Source of the DNA: Macrostomum lignano
Taxonomy: Eukaryota
Direction: 5' to 3'
Assembly (NCBI GenBank): GCA_002269645.1
Contig: NIVC01002740.1
Span: 62,001 to 126,000 of the forward strand
DNA length: 64,000 nt
Below are positions 62,167-64,000 of the stretch, piece by piece. The translations under genes and the position numbers were made by a program. Positions within the stretch are counted from its first letter, which is position 1. Each line of letters starts with the position of its first letter. The notes under the pieces were generated by a model. The model was not told the DNA's origin. It saw only the letters and a program-made list of their open reading frames with translations, and searched no databases.

Positions 62167-64000
62167 TGTAGCATTAATTAGCTAGTAGCGAGCCCCATTT
62201 TGACCATAGACAATATTCTCAAGCTGTTTCTCGTACTGTATCTAAAATCGAGTAAAGCCGAGGCGAGAGTTTACAACCTTTCTTTCTCACTTACGCCAAA
62301 GTTAACTCCACGATTTGCGATTTGATTCATTCGCTACAAAGTGGTAGCAGAGCGTTTTTCGGACCGAAAACAACGCCACCTATCCGTGATCACTGAATTT
62401 GTCAGCGACATCGTTCACATCGCCGGTAGGGACAACGTGGTTGCCGATGCACTATCTCGTCCCAACCTCACGTCCGAGGCGCAGCCACCATCGTCCGTAA
62501 GACTGCTAGCCGACATCCCGCCCTCGGTGGATTTGCCAGCTATCGCTCGAGCCCAGAAAGACAGTCTACCCGCCAACGACCCGCCAGTAGGACAGTTCAG
62601 CAACTTCGATATCGGGATTAAAGACTACCCATTACACTGTGAGACTTCGCAAACTAACCCGCGTCCCGTAGTCCCTGAAGTACTACTACGTGCGGTGTTC
62701 AACTCGCTGCATTCGTTCGCACACCCCGGCAGAAAAGCTACGCAACGGCTCATTAGCTATCGCTTCTTTAGGCCGCTAATGAGTGCCGACATTCGCAAGT
62801 GGGTAGCCGAGTGCCAACAATGCCAGAAGTACAAGACTGGACGACTTGTGTAACGCCCACTGCAGCAGCTGCCTGTGCCATCTCAGAGATTCACGACGGT
62901 ACACATTAACCTGGTCGGACCGCTAACGCCTCCTGAATCTGAAGATCCTGACCCGAAGCCTCGCTACCTACTCACCATGATCGATGCCTACTCACGCTGG
63001 TTCGAAGCAGCACTGCTTTCGAACATTGCCGCCACATCAGTCGCACGAGCCTTCCTGGAAACCTGGATTTCTCGGTTCGGCCCACCTTTGACGCTGATCA
63101 GTGACCAGGGATCCCAATTCCGAGCGGAGCTCATGAAGAACTTGAAGGGCCTACTCGGCATTCACCACATCCGCAATTCAGCCTATAATCCGAGAGAGAG
63201 CTAACGGTATCATCGAACGTGCACACCGGACGCTATAGGTCGGTTTGAAGGCGCGCGGCAAGAACTGGCTGCAGCAGCTGCCCGTCGTGCTCCTGGGCAT
63301 GCGCATTTTCCCAGATGAGTCAGGTGCCTCTCCGTTCTCCGTTGTTACGGGTGAGCAACCGCTGGTCCCACCGCTCGTCACCGACACGTCTGCGCTCAAG
63401 GAGCTCTCGACTAGTCTACACCAGCTTTTCTTCCCATACCGGCAGCCGAGAACGTGCGAGATAGCCGTGCATCTGCCAGCCGCGCTGAGGTCGTACACAC
63501 ACGTCTGGCTACGGTTGGACCGTCTGGCTACGGTTGGACCGTGTGCGACGACCCCTGGAGGCTCCTTACCAAGGCTCGTACGCGGTGCTGGACAGGCACG
63601 ACACCAAAATGACACTCCAGATCAACGGCAAGCCTACCGTAGTGTCGATCGATCGTGTCAAGCCCGCCACCCTGCCAACAGCCCATCAAGAGCAGCCAGC
63701 AGCCACACTGGCCCCGCCAAGCGACGCTCCCGCCTCTAACACAAGGTCGCGCAGCTCAAACCGCGCGATTCAAGAGCGAGACCTCCGCGCAAGTCCTCCA
63801 GGAAGGACAGTCCACCTAGCAATACTTGAACAGTGCTTTAACCGATCAACCTATGACATCAGCATTGCTTGCCTACTCGTTCCCCTTCGCTGTTCAAACT
63901 TTTTGTCTCTGATTATCTAATGCATAGTGATGTACTTCATCTAGGAGGGGGAGTATCTTTTAGCATTAATTAGCTAGTAGCGAGCCCCATTTTGACCATG
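62167..64000 (+). mobile_element. Internally deleted Ty3/Gypsy LTR retrotransposon (5' LTR 62167-62338, PBS 62342-62352, RNase H tail and integrase remnant, PPT 63943-63953, 3' LTR from about 63959, truncated by the window)
   Basis: TGTAGC...GCTACA LTR; PBS TGGTAGCAGAG complementary to the initiator tRNA-Met 3' end; NVVADALSR, HPG...CQQCQ, VHINLVGPL and ISDQGSQF motifs; AGGAGGGGGAG PPT; LTR sequence repeated at the window end. Confidence 0.92.
62341..63700 (+). pseudogene. Gypsy pol remnant (RNase H end and integrase) with a stop and frameshifts
   Basis: Three broken ORFs (62341, 62875, 63245/63534); the first catalytic Asp position reads N. Confidence 0.88.

Overview
Eukaryotic (invertebrate) genomic DNA with GT-AG introns, GC-rich exons, AT-rich intergenic DNA and introns filled with minisatellites. 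This style suggests a flatworm such as Macrostomum, which is an inference and not proven here. Plus-strand spliced genes rebuilt by hand are phosphorylase kinase gamma (5 exons), hnRNP U/UL1 (6 exons), an unrecognised 170-aa protein, DDA1 and an SHC adaptor (PTB+SH2). From 51 to 61 kb lies a glycan-recognition neighbourhood: four small secreted single-WSC-domain genes, a CUB/C-type-lectin type I membrane protein (minus strand) and a damaged C-type lectin. The last exon of a G-alpha gene lies at 61.8-61.9 kb (minus strand). Mobile DNA includes a decayed 5.9-kb hAT element, a 1.63-kb LTR-like direct-repeat pair, two solo LTRs with 4-bp target-site duplications, an internally deleted Gypsy element, and mariner, CACTA and Crypton-like remnants. 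The hAT transposase appears to be spliced in frame to a signal-peptide plus lamin-tail-like domain. Most long ORFs in the supplied track are artefacts of tandem repeats. Repeat-array boundaries are approximate.
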